Assembly: GCA_022709525.1 (NCBI GenBank)
Contig: JAKLIQ010000006.1
Coordinates: 66,708 to 130,707 of the forward strand
Length of the DNA: 64,000 bases
Source of the DNA: Candidatus Omnitrophota bacterium
Lineage (GTDB): Bacteria; Omnitrophota; Omnitrophia; Omnitrophales; Aquincolibacteriaceae
Reading direction: 5' to 3'
A program made the translations under genes and the position numbers. Below, piece by piece: positions 56,940-64,000 of this stretch; position 1 is the first letter of the stretch, and each line of letters starts with the position of its first letter. Below the pieces are notes generated by a model. That model was given only the letters and a program-made list of their open reading frames with translations. It ran no database searches and was not told the origin of the DNA.

Positions 56940-58232
56940 ATGAAACAAATCTTCGTAAGCGTTCTGATCGTATTCATTGGTTTTTTAACACCCGCCTCCT
57001 TTCTTCATGCTGACGAGAATCCTCCGCCAGCGCTGAATCTTCATAATCTGATCTCGCAAGCCATTGAGAAAAACCCGGAAGTCCTTGCCGCTAAGGCGGA
57101 ATGGCTGGCGTCGAAAAAAAGGATCATGGCCTCTTGGGCGCTTCCGGATCCCACGGGGGAATATGACATTATGGGTCCGATGGTTGAGACGATGACGGGC
57201 CCTCAGAAAAACCATTTTGCCATCGAGCAGGAAGTTCCTTTTCCGGCCAAATTATGGGAGAAAAGAAAAGCCGCCAAGGCCGAAGCCGATGCTGCCAATG
57301 CCCGTTTCCTTGCCCTTGAACGTGATATCACCGCCAAGCTCAGCAAGCTTTATTACGAACTCTATTTTATCGATGCCTCGGTGGACACTTTAGCAGAGAT
57401 CAAAGACCTCCTTAAAAAATTCGAAGGAGTTACCCAGGCGCGCTATTCCAATATATCGGGTTCCCAGCGGGATGTCGCTAAAGCGCAGGCGGAATTTTCC
57501 ATGAATCTGGAAAAACTTTATATGCTCCAGCAGCAGCGAGAAAGCATCGCTGCGCAGATAAACGCGCTTCTGGATCAAGATCCCATGACACAGATCGGGA
57601 AAGCAACGCTACCGGCCAAACCCGAATTGAAGAACGATCTGGTGGAACTTGTCAATCTCGCGGTAAAGAACCGGCAGGCGATCAAGGAGGCGGAGGCCAT
57701 GGTGTCGAAAACACACTATGCCAAACGGCTTGCGCAGCTCGCTTATCTTCCGGATATCAACGTCGGGTTCGAATACACGCAGGTCGGGAAGGACGCGGCA
57801 GGGAATGACGGTGAAAATACCTGGATGTTCCCGCTCAAAGTTAATCTCCCGATCTGGCAGAACCGGATCATTCCGGAGATCCAGGAAGCGCAAAAACTTG
57901 AGGAGGCTCAGAAGGCAAAACTTCTGGCCGTGAAGAATCAGACATTTTTTGAGGTCAAAGATGCTTATTACCGTTTCGAGTCCGCTTCCAAGATCGCGGA
58001 TCTTTATGAGGTGGCCATTGTCCCGCAGTCGAAACTTGCGCTCACTGCGGATCAGGCAGGTTACGAAGCGGCAAAAACGGATTTTCTGAACCTGCTCGAC
58101 AGCGAGCGCGTTTATCTTAACGCTAAACTTTCACAGATCCGGTTCTATACCGAAGCGCTTAAAGCATACATCGATCTGTGCTGGGCTACAGGTCTAGACC
58201 TCGAAAAGAGCTTAAAGGAGCAAGCGACATGA
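56940..58232 (+). CDS. outer-membrane efflux protein (TolC-like OMF, CusC/CzcC family)
   Basis: Signal peptide and two OEP repeats; 430 aa; translationally coupled (ATGA) to the downstream MFP gene. Confidence 0.8.
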   Translation: MKQIFVSVLIVFIGFLTPASFLHADENPPPALNLHNLISQAIEKNPEVLAAKAEWLASKKRIMASWALPDPTGEYDIMGPMVETMTGPQKNHFAIEQEVPFPAKLWEKRKAAKAEADAANARFLALERDITAKLSKLYYELYFIDASVDTLAEIKDLLKKFEGVTQARYSNISGSQRDVAKAQAEFSMNLEKLYMLQQQRESIAAQINALLDQDPMTQIGKATLPAKPELKNDLVELVNLAVKNRQAIKEAEAMVSKTHYAKRLAQLAYLPDINVGFEYTQVGKDAAGNDGENTWMFPLKVNLPIWQNRIIPEIQEAQKLEEAQKAKLLAVKNQTFFEVKDAYYRFESASKIADLYEVAIVPQSKLALTADQAGYEAAKTDFLNLLDSERVYLNAKLSQIRFYTEALKAYIDLCWATGLDLEKSLKEQAT

Positions 58233-59524
58233 TCAGGATGAATCGTTCATTATCCATTGTTTTTCTTTTAATCGTGGTCGTCACCGCAGGCGTCGTCGCA
58301 TTCCGGTCTTTGGGACATCTTTCGTTTCAGTCAACGAAACAGGTTGAAAAAGCAACTTACTATTGCCCCATGCATCCGAGCTATACCTCGAATAAGCCAG
58401 GGGATTGCCCTATCTGCAATATGACGCTCGTCAAAAAAGAGTCCACAGACCACAGTCCACAGATCACAGAAAAAAAGGCTACGGACCATGAACTGTCGAC
58501 GGGAGACCAACCGAAGGTTTTCACGGTCGAACAACTCATGGCCATGAAGCCGGGCGAGATATGTCTTCTTCATAAATGCAAACACGGCACCTGCATGATC
58601 GCGATGACGCCGGAACTCGCACGGCTCGGGAAATGCCCCATGTGCGGCGAAGACCTCGGCGTGATCATTAAAGATGCGATGCCCCAAGGATATGCACAAG
58701 TCCAGCTGGGCGCTGAAAAGCAACAGGTGATTGGCGTGAAAACCGCACCGGTCGAAAAAACAATGATCATAAAAACAATCCGCGTTTCCGGACGCATTGC
58801 TTATGATCCGGAGCTTTATCAGGCTGAGGAAGAATATTTACAGGCCGTTCAGGCCATGAAAAAGGCCGAAACCGCGGATCCCGAGATTAAAGAACAAGCC
58901 GCAAAACTCGTGGACTCTGCCAGGATCAAATTGCGGCTTTTGGGTTTGAGCGATCCGATCGTCCAGGAGCTCGAAGAAGCCGGAAAACCCGACCGTTCGC
59001 TTCTTTACTCTGATGCGGGCGGCAAAGTTTGGCTCTATGCTCCGATCTATGAACATGAAATACCTTTTGTGCATGTCGGAGACAGCGCGGAAATCGAAGT
59101 CCCGGCCATCGCCGGCAAGACGATCCCCGGGGTGGTCCGGTCGCTGGATTCTGTCGTGGATCCCGTAACGCGTTCCATCCGGATCCGCGCGCAACTTGAG
59201 AATCCCGACGGGATCCTCAAACCGGAAATGTATGTAAACGTCACGCTGAAAGCTGATCTTGGCGAAAAGTTAGCGGTACCCGAAGAGGCGGTTTTCATGA
59301 CAGGCGAAAAAAACATTGTTTTTGTGGCCAAAGAGAACGGAGTGTTTGAGCCGCGCGAAGTGACCGTGGGGGCAAAAACGGACCAGCTCTATGAGATCAA
59401 AAGCGGGCTCATCGAGGGGGAGCAAGTGGTAACAAGCGGAAACTTTCTGATCGACTCCGAAAGCCGCCTCAAAGCGGCGCTTGAAGAGGTAGGAAAAGGA
59501 GGAGGGCATGTCCACGGAGGCTGA
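58229..59524 (+). CDS. RND efflux membrane fusion protein (CusB/CzcB-like) with two N-terminal CxxxHP...CPxCxM heavy-metal-binding modules
   Basis: YYCPMHPSYTSNKPGDCPICNM and CKHGTCMIAMTPELARLGKCPMCGE, then MFP beta-barrel/lipoyl domains. AGGAG RBS. Confidence 0.8.
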   Translation: MIRMNRSLSIVFLLIVVVTAGVVAFRSLGHLSFQSTKQVEKATYYCPMHPSYTSNKPGDCPICNMTLVKKESTDHSPQITEKKATDHELSTGDQPKVFTVEQLMAMKPGEICLLHKCKHGTCMIAMTPELARLGKCPMCGEDLGVIIKDAMPQGYAQVQLGAEKQQVIGVKTAPVEKTMIIKTIRVSGRIAYDPELYQAEEEYLQAVQAMKKAETADPEIKEQAAKLVDSARIKLRLLGLSDPIVQELEEAGKPDRSLLYSDAGGKVWLYAPIYEHEIPFVHVGDSAEIEVPAIAGKTIPGVVRSLDSVVDPVTRSIRIRAQLENPDGILKPEMYVNVTLKADLGEKLAVPEEAVFMTGEKNIVFVAKENGVFEPREVTVGAKTDQLYEIKSGLIEGEQVVTSGNFLIDSESRLKAALEEVGKGGGHVHGG

Positions 59525-62500
59525 GAAAAGCCCGTCTCCTCAGTTACGGCAAGGCGGATGGATTGAAAAGATCATCGAGTTCTCCGCTCACAACAAGATC
59601 CTCATCTTTGTTCTAACGGCCTTCGCGATCGTCGCAGCCATTTGGTCGGTCCAGAATATCCCGCTTGATGCGATCCCGGATCTTTCCGACACACAGGTCA
59701 TTATTTATTCCAAGTGGGATCGCAGCCCCGATATCATCGAAGACCAAGTGACTTATCCGATCGTAACGGCCATGCTGGGCGCGCCCAATGTCAAAGTGGT
59801 GCGGGGATTTTCGGATTTCGGTTATTCTTATGTTTATGTGATCTTTAAAGACGGGACGGATCTTTATTGGGCAAGAAGCCGGACACTCGAATATTTAAGC
59901 AAGATCGTTCCGAAACTTCCCGAAGGCGTGCAAACTGAATTAGGGCCTGACGCGACCGGGGTGGGGTGGATCTATCAATACGCCCTGGTGGATAAGACCG
60001 GAAAACATGATCTCCAAGAGCTCCGTAGCTTCCAGGATTGGTTTTTGCGTTATCATCTTCAGAGTGTGCCGGGCGTTGCGGAAGTAGCCTCGCTCGGCGG
60101 ATTCGTCAAGCAATACCAGATCACCCTCGATCCGAACAAGCTTCTCGCCTATAACATCCCGATCACCAAAGTCATTGAAGCGGTACGCAGCGGCAATCAG
60201 GAGACCGGCGGCCGGCTTCTGGAATTCTCCGGCGCGGAGTATATGGTGCGAGGCCGCGGTTATGCAAAATCCGTTCAAGACTTTGAAAATATCGCGGTTG
60301 GCGTCGATGCAAAAGGAACGCCGATCCTGATCAAAAATCTCGGCGATGTAACGATCGGTCCCGAAATGCGCCGCGGCATCGCGGACCTTAACGGCGAAGG
60401 AGATGTGGTGGGCGGGACCGTCGTCATGCGGTCCGGCGAAAATGCTTTGAACGTGATCAAACGGGTGAAGGCCAGGATCGAGGAATTGAAACCTTCTTTC
60501 CCTTCCGGAGTAGAGCTTGTAGCCGCTTATGACCGCTCGGAGCTGATCCTGCACGCGATCGATACTTTAAAACATCAGCTTGCCGAAGAAATGTTGATTG
60601 TGAGCTTCGTGATCCTGCTTTTTCTTTGGCATTTTCCGTCGGCCATTGTGCCGATCGTCACGATCCCGATCTCGGTATTGCTTTCCTTTATTTTTCTTCA
60701 CGGGATGCATTTAACCTCGAACATCATGTCGCTTTCCGGTATCGCTATTTCCATCGGCGTCTTGGTCGACGGCGCGATCGTGGAAGTGGAGAACGCTTAT
60801 AAACGTCTCGAGCAATGGATCGAAGGCGGCCGGAAAGGCGATTTCCACGCGATCCGGCTTCAGGCGCTTAAAGAAGTCGGTCCGGCGGTTTTCTTTTCGC
60901 TTCTCGTGATCGCGGTCTCGTTCTTGCCGGTATTCACGTTGTTGGATCAGGAAGGCCGTCTCTTTAGGCCGCTTGCCTGGGCAAAAACTCTTGCGATGGC
61001 GATGGCGGCCGTTTTAGCCGTGACATTGGATCCGGCAATGCGGATGCTTTTTACAAGAATGGAACCTTTTAAGTTCAAATGGCCGTGGCTTTCCGAAGCG
61101 GCGACCACCTTGGCGGTCGGAACCTACTATCCGGAAGAAAAACATCCCGTAAGCAAAGTGCTTTTTAAGATTTACGAACCAGCCTGCCGTTTTGTTCTAA
61201 AGCACCGAAAAGCCACAATCATGACAGCGCTCATTCTTGTCCTTACCGCAGTTCCCATTTACTTCAAGCTGGGTTCCGAGTTTATGCCGCCGCTTTGGGA
61301 GCAGAACCTTCTTTATATGCCGACCACGCTTCCCGGCATTTCCGTGACCGAGGCGCAAAAACTTCTTCAGAAGCAGGACCAGATCCTTAAGTCATTTCCC
61401 GAAGTCGAACGGGTGTTCGGAAAATCCGGCCGCATGGAAAGCTCCACGGATCCCGCTCCTTTTTCGATGATGGAGACCGTGATCCTTCTGAAACCGGAAA
61501 AAGATTGGACGCGGAAAGAAAGGTGGTATTCGAAATGGGTCCCCGCTTGGTTCAAGTGGCCGCTTGAATGGATCTGGCCGGAACGGATCTCGCGGGAGGA
61601 ACTGGTTCAGAAGCTGGATCAGGCTTTAAAGATCCCGGGCACCACGAATGCCTGGACCATGCCGATCAAAAACCGCATTGATATGCTTTCAACCGGTGTT
61701 CGAACACCGATCGGGATCAAGGTGCTCGGCCCGGATCTTAAGAAGATCGAAGAACTCGGAACGCATCTGGAAATGATCCTGAAGGACGTGCCTGACACGC
61801 GAAGCATTTACGCGGAGCGTGTGGCAGGAGGGTATTTCCTGGATTTTGATATCAAGCAGGAAGCCCTGGCGCGTTACGGCCTTTCGGTAGCCGATGTCGA
61901 AACCGTCATTACCTCAGCTATTGGCGGAGAAAATATCACGACCACGATCGAAGGGCGCGAGCGTTATCCCGTCAATGTCCGCTATTCGCGGGAATTTCGA
62001 GACGATATCGAAAAATTAAAACGCGCACTTGTACCGACGGCAGCCGGCCAGCAAATCCCAATCGCGGAATTGGCCGATATCAAAAAAGTTTCCGGTCCCG
62101 CCATGATCCGCAATGAAAACGGCTCTTTAGCAGGCTATGTTTATGTGGATATGGCAGGCCGCGACATTGGAAGTTATGTCCGGGAAGCAAAAAAGATCGT
62201 GGCGCGCGATCTTCAATTGCCCGAAGGATATACGCTGGTCTGGAGCGGGCAATATGAAAATATGATCCGCGTCAAAGAGCGGCTCAAAGTGGTTCTGCCG
62301 CTCACGATCTTTTTGATCTGCCTCTTGCTTTATATGAACACAAAATCCGCGGTGAAAACCGGGATCGTGCTTTTAGCTGTTCCTTTTTCGTTGATCGGAG
62401 CCATCTGGCTTTTGTGGATTCTGGGTTATCACATTTCTATTGCGGTGTGGGTCGGGATGATCGCGCTGATGGGCCTTGACGCGGAGACGGGGGTTTTCAT

Positions 62501-62831
62501 GCTTCTTTTTTTAGACCTTGCGTATCATGAAGCTGTTGAAAAAAAGAAGATGCGGACAGAGCAGGATCTTGAAGAAGCGATCATCCATGGCGCGGTCAAA
62601 CGCGTGCGACCCAAAATGATGACCGTGATGGCTGCGTTCATGGGGCTTTTGCCGATCATGTGGGCTTCGGGGGCGGGCTCGGACGCCATGAAGCGGATCG
62701 CAGCACCGATGATCGGAGGGCTTGCAACCTCTTTCATTCTGGAGCTATTAGTCTATCCCGTCATTTATTTTATCTGGAAATGGCGGTTTGAAATGAAACA
62801 GGGAAAAGCGGTTTGGATTTCATCGGTTTAA
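59508..62831 (+). CDS. heavy-metal efflux RND pump (HME family, CusA/CzcA-like)
   Basis: 1107 aa, 12 TM, and the N-terminus typical of CusA/CzcA (IIEFSAHNKILIFVLTAFAIVAAIWSVQNIPLDAIPDLSDTQVIIYSKW). Confidence 0.9.
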   Translation: MSTEAEKSPSPQLRQGGWIEKIIEFSAHNKILIFVLTAFAIVAAIWSVQNIPLDAIPDLSDTQVIIYSKWDRSPDIIEDQVTYPIVTAMLGAPNVKVVRGFSDFGYSYVYVIFKDGTDLYWARSRTLEYLSKIVPKLPEGVQTELGPDATGVGWIYQYALVDKTGKHDLQELRSFQDWFLRYHLQSVPGVAEVASLGGFVKQYQITLDPNKLLAYNIPITKVIEAVRSGNQETGGRLLEFSGAEYMVRGRGYAKSVQDFENIAVGVDAKGTPILIKNLGDVTIGPEMRRGIADLNGEGDVVGGTVVMRSGENALNVIKRVKARIEELKPSFPSGVELVAAYDRSELILHAIDTLKHQLAEEMLIVSFVILLFLWHFPSAIVPIVTIPISVLLSFIFLHGMHLTSNIMSLSGIAISIGVLVDGAIVEVENAYKRLEQWIEGGRKGDFHAIRLQALKEVGPAVFFSLLVIAVSFLPVFTLLDQEGRLFRPLAWAKTLAMAMAAVLAVTLDPAMRMLFTRMEPFKFKWPWLSEAATTLAVGTYYPEEKHPVSKVLFKIYEPACRFVLKHRKATIMTALILVLTAVPIYFKLGSEFMPPLWEQNLLYMPTTLPGISVTEAQKLLQKQDQILKSFPEVERVFGKSGRMESSTDPAPFSMMETVILLKPEKDWTRKERWYSKWVPAWFKWPLEWIWPERISREELVQKLDQALKIPGTTNAWTMPIKNRIDMLSTGVRTPIGIKVLGPDLKKIEELGTHLEMILKDVPDTRSIYAERVAGGYFLDFDIKQEALARYGLSVADVETVITSAIGGENITTTIEGRERYPVNVRYSREFRDDIEKLKRALVPTAAGQQIPIAELADIKKVSGPAMIRNENGSLAGYVYVDMAGRDIGSYVREAKKIVARDLQLPEGYTLVWSGQYENMIRVKERLKVVLPLTIFLICLLLYMNTKSAVKTGIVLLAVPFSLIGAIWLLWILGYHISIAVWVGMIALMGLDAETGVFMLLFLDLAYHEAVEKKKMRTEQDLEEAIIHGAVKRVRPKMMTVMAAFMGLLPIMWASGAGSDAMKRIAAPMIGGLATSFILELLVYPVIYFIWKWRFEMKQGKAVWISSV

Positions 62832-62854
62832 TATCAAAGAGAAGGAGAATCAAC

Positions 62855-63106
62855 ATGAAAAAAATAGTCGTTGTGGTGTTGCTGTTAGTATTCTTGATGC
62901 CTGTCATGGTTTCGCCGGTTCTTGCGGCAGAAAAATCAGAAACGGGCATTACGGATGTCGGTAATAAAATATGTCCGGTGATGGGCGGCCCCGTAAGTGG
63001 GAAGGACTTTGTGGTTTATCAAGGCAAGCGTTACGGCCTTTGTTGCCCGGCTTGCAAAGCGGCATTTTTGGCCCATCCGGAAAAATACGCTTCTCAAACG
63101 GCGTAG
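62855..63106 (+). CDS. secreted YHS-domain protein (putative periplasmic metal-binding)
   Basis: Signal peptide MKKIVVVVLLLVFLMPVMVSPVLA, then CPVMGGPV...YQGKRYGLCCPACKAAFLAHPEKY (YHS motif). Confidence 0.7.
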   Translation: MKKIVVVVLLLVFLMPVMVSPVLAAEKSETGITDVGNKICPVMGGPVSGKDFVVYQGKRYGLCCPACKAAFLAHPEKYASQTA

Positions 63107-63146
63107 CTTTTTTCGGATTTCTTAAATATAGAAAGAACTATTTTAA

Positions 63147-64000
63147 ATGCACGAGGCACAGGAAGAAGCGCGCGCTTGCTGCGAGCACGGCACGCATGAA
63201 CATGGCGCAAAAAAGCCGTGGTATCGGGATAGCCTTTTCTGGATCGCTCTAGCCTGCGTCGCGCTCCTTGTAATCTCTCTTCTTATTCCCCCATACCGCG
63301 CTTTTTATGATGCCTTCATGGGTTTTGCCAAGATCGTTTTTTTGCCGGTTTTGATCGGTCTTTTGCTTGGAGGTGTGATCGAGCATTACATCCCGAGGAC
63401 TTATATTTCCAAACACCTTGCCGGGACGGGAAAGCGGACCGTTCTTTATTCCGTAGGGCTCGGGTTTCTTATGAGCGCCTGCAGTCACGGCGTCCTCGCG
63501 CTTTCCATGGAACTTTATAAAAAAGGCGCTTCAAGTCCCGCCGTCGTGAGCTTTCTTTTGGCAAGTCCTTGGGCGAATCTTCCGATCACGATCCTGCTTT
63601 TTGGATTTTTTGGCGCGAAGGCGCTCCTTATTGTTTTTGGCGCGCTTGGGATCGCGCTTATCACCGGCTGGGTCCTTCAATGGCTTGGCCGCCGGAATCT
63701 GATCGAACAAAATCCGAATTCTGTCGTTACCGAAGAGGGTTTCTCGATCCGTCGTGACATAGGAAGAAGGCTCCGGGAATACCGTTTTAGCTGGGTCGGC
63801 CTCGGCAATGACCTTAAAAGCATTTTGAAGGGGAGTATCGCATTAGCGGATATGGTGCTCGGCTGGATCTTGATCGGCATGATCATGGCCGGCCTTGCCG
63901 GCGCTTTTGTGCCGGCTCATATTTTTCATCAATATCTTGGCCCCACCCTTTTAGGATTATGCGTGACGATCATTGTGGCCACCATCATGGAAGTTTGCTC
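63147..64000 (+). CDS. DUF318/ArsP-like permease with His/Cys-rich N-terminus (3' end beyond window)
   Basis: MHEAQEEARACCEHGTHEHG followed by multiple TM helices. Missing from the track because it runs off the edge. Confidence 0.55.
   Translation, partial: MHEAQEEARACCEHGTHEHGAKKPWYRDSLFWIALACVALLVISLLIPPYRAFYDAFMGFAKIVFLPVLIGLLLGGVIEHYIPRTYISKHLAGTGKRTVLYSVGLGFLMSACSHGVLALSMELYKKGASSPAVVSFLLASPWANLPITILLFGFFGAKALLIVFGALGIALITGWVLQWLGRRNLIEQNPNSVVTEEGFSIRRDIGRRLREYRFSWVGLGNDLKSILKGSIALADMVLGWILIGMIMAGLAGAFVPAHIFHQYLGPTLLGLCVTIIVATIMEVC

Overview
This is a high-GC (~55-60%) bacterial chromosomal window, densely coding on both strands with mostly ordinary housekeeping and transport content. 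Coordinates of the non-coding features I read by eye are approximate (±2 nt); CDS coordinates follow the ORF track, with starts adjusted where a better RBS/ATG is visible.

Five things stand out:
- A tRNA-Asn(GUU) gene on the minus strand is split by a ~547-nt group I intron that carries an HNH homing-endonuclease ORF in its P1 loop.
- A six-gene hyf/hyc-type operon (7178-14866) has the architecture of a group-4 membrane-bound [NiFe] hydrogenase, but the large subunit has lost all four NiFe-ligating cysteines. This matches an Ehr-type (energy-converting hydrogenase-related) complex. The same operon also encodes an unusual NuoI-NuoB-type fusion protein.
- The groE locus reads groEL2 - GIY-YIG - groES - groEL1 and is riddled with a family of ~75-bp hairpin + CCCCACACCCAGC repeats. 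These occur in inverted pairs, once around the GIY-YIG gene and once as an empty, miniature-transposon-like (MITE-like) pair, and the same repeat supplies the ribosome-binding sites of groES and groEL1.
- A GGGACTCG/CGAGTCCC dyad repeat occurs three times, always in a divergent intergenic region.
- A signalling cluster contains two Cache/PAS sensor proteins that share a ~30-aa C-terminal coiled-coil module and lack any kinase output domain.

Other content:
- Partial homospermidine synthase at the window start.
- A CHASE2-GGDEF protein with a degenerate active site.
- Many transporters: MFS, a DAACS symporter, APC-family permeases, a P-type ATPase, NhaP2, and a CDF efflux protein.
- A HigBA-like toxin-antitoxin pair next to an AT-rich tract.
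- A HlyD-RbbA-YhhJ efflux operon.
- coaX-birA-alr-tsaB.
- A CsoR-controlled cusCBA-like copper efflux island with a YHS protein and an ArsP-like permease.

No CRISPR arrays or rRNA genes are present.
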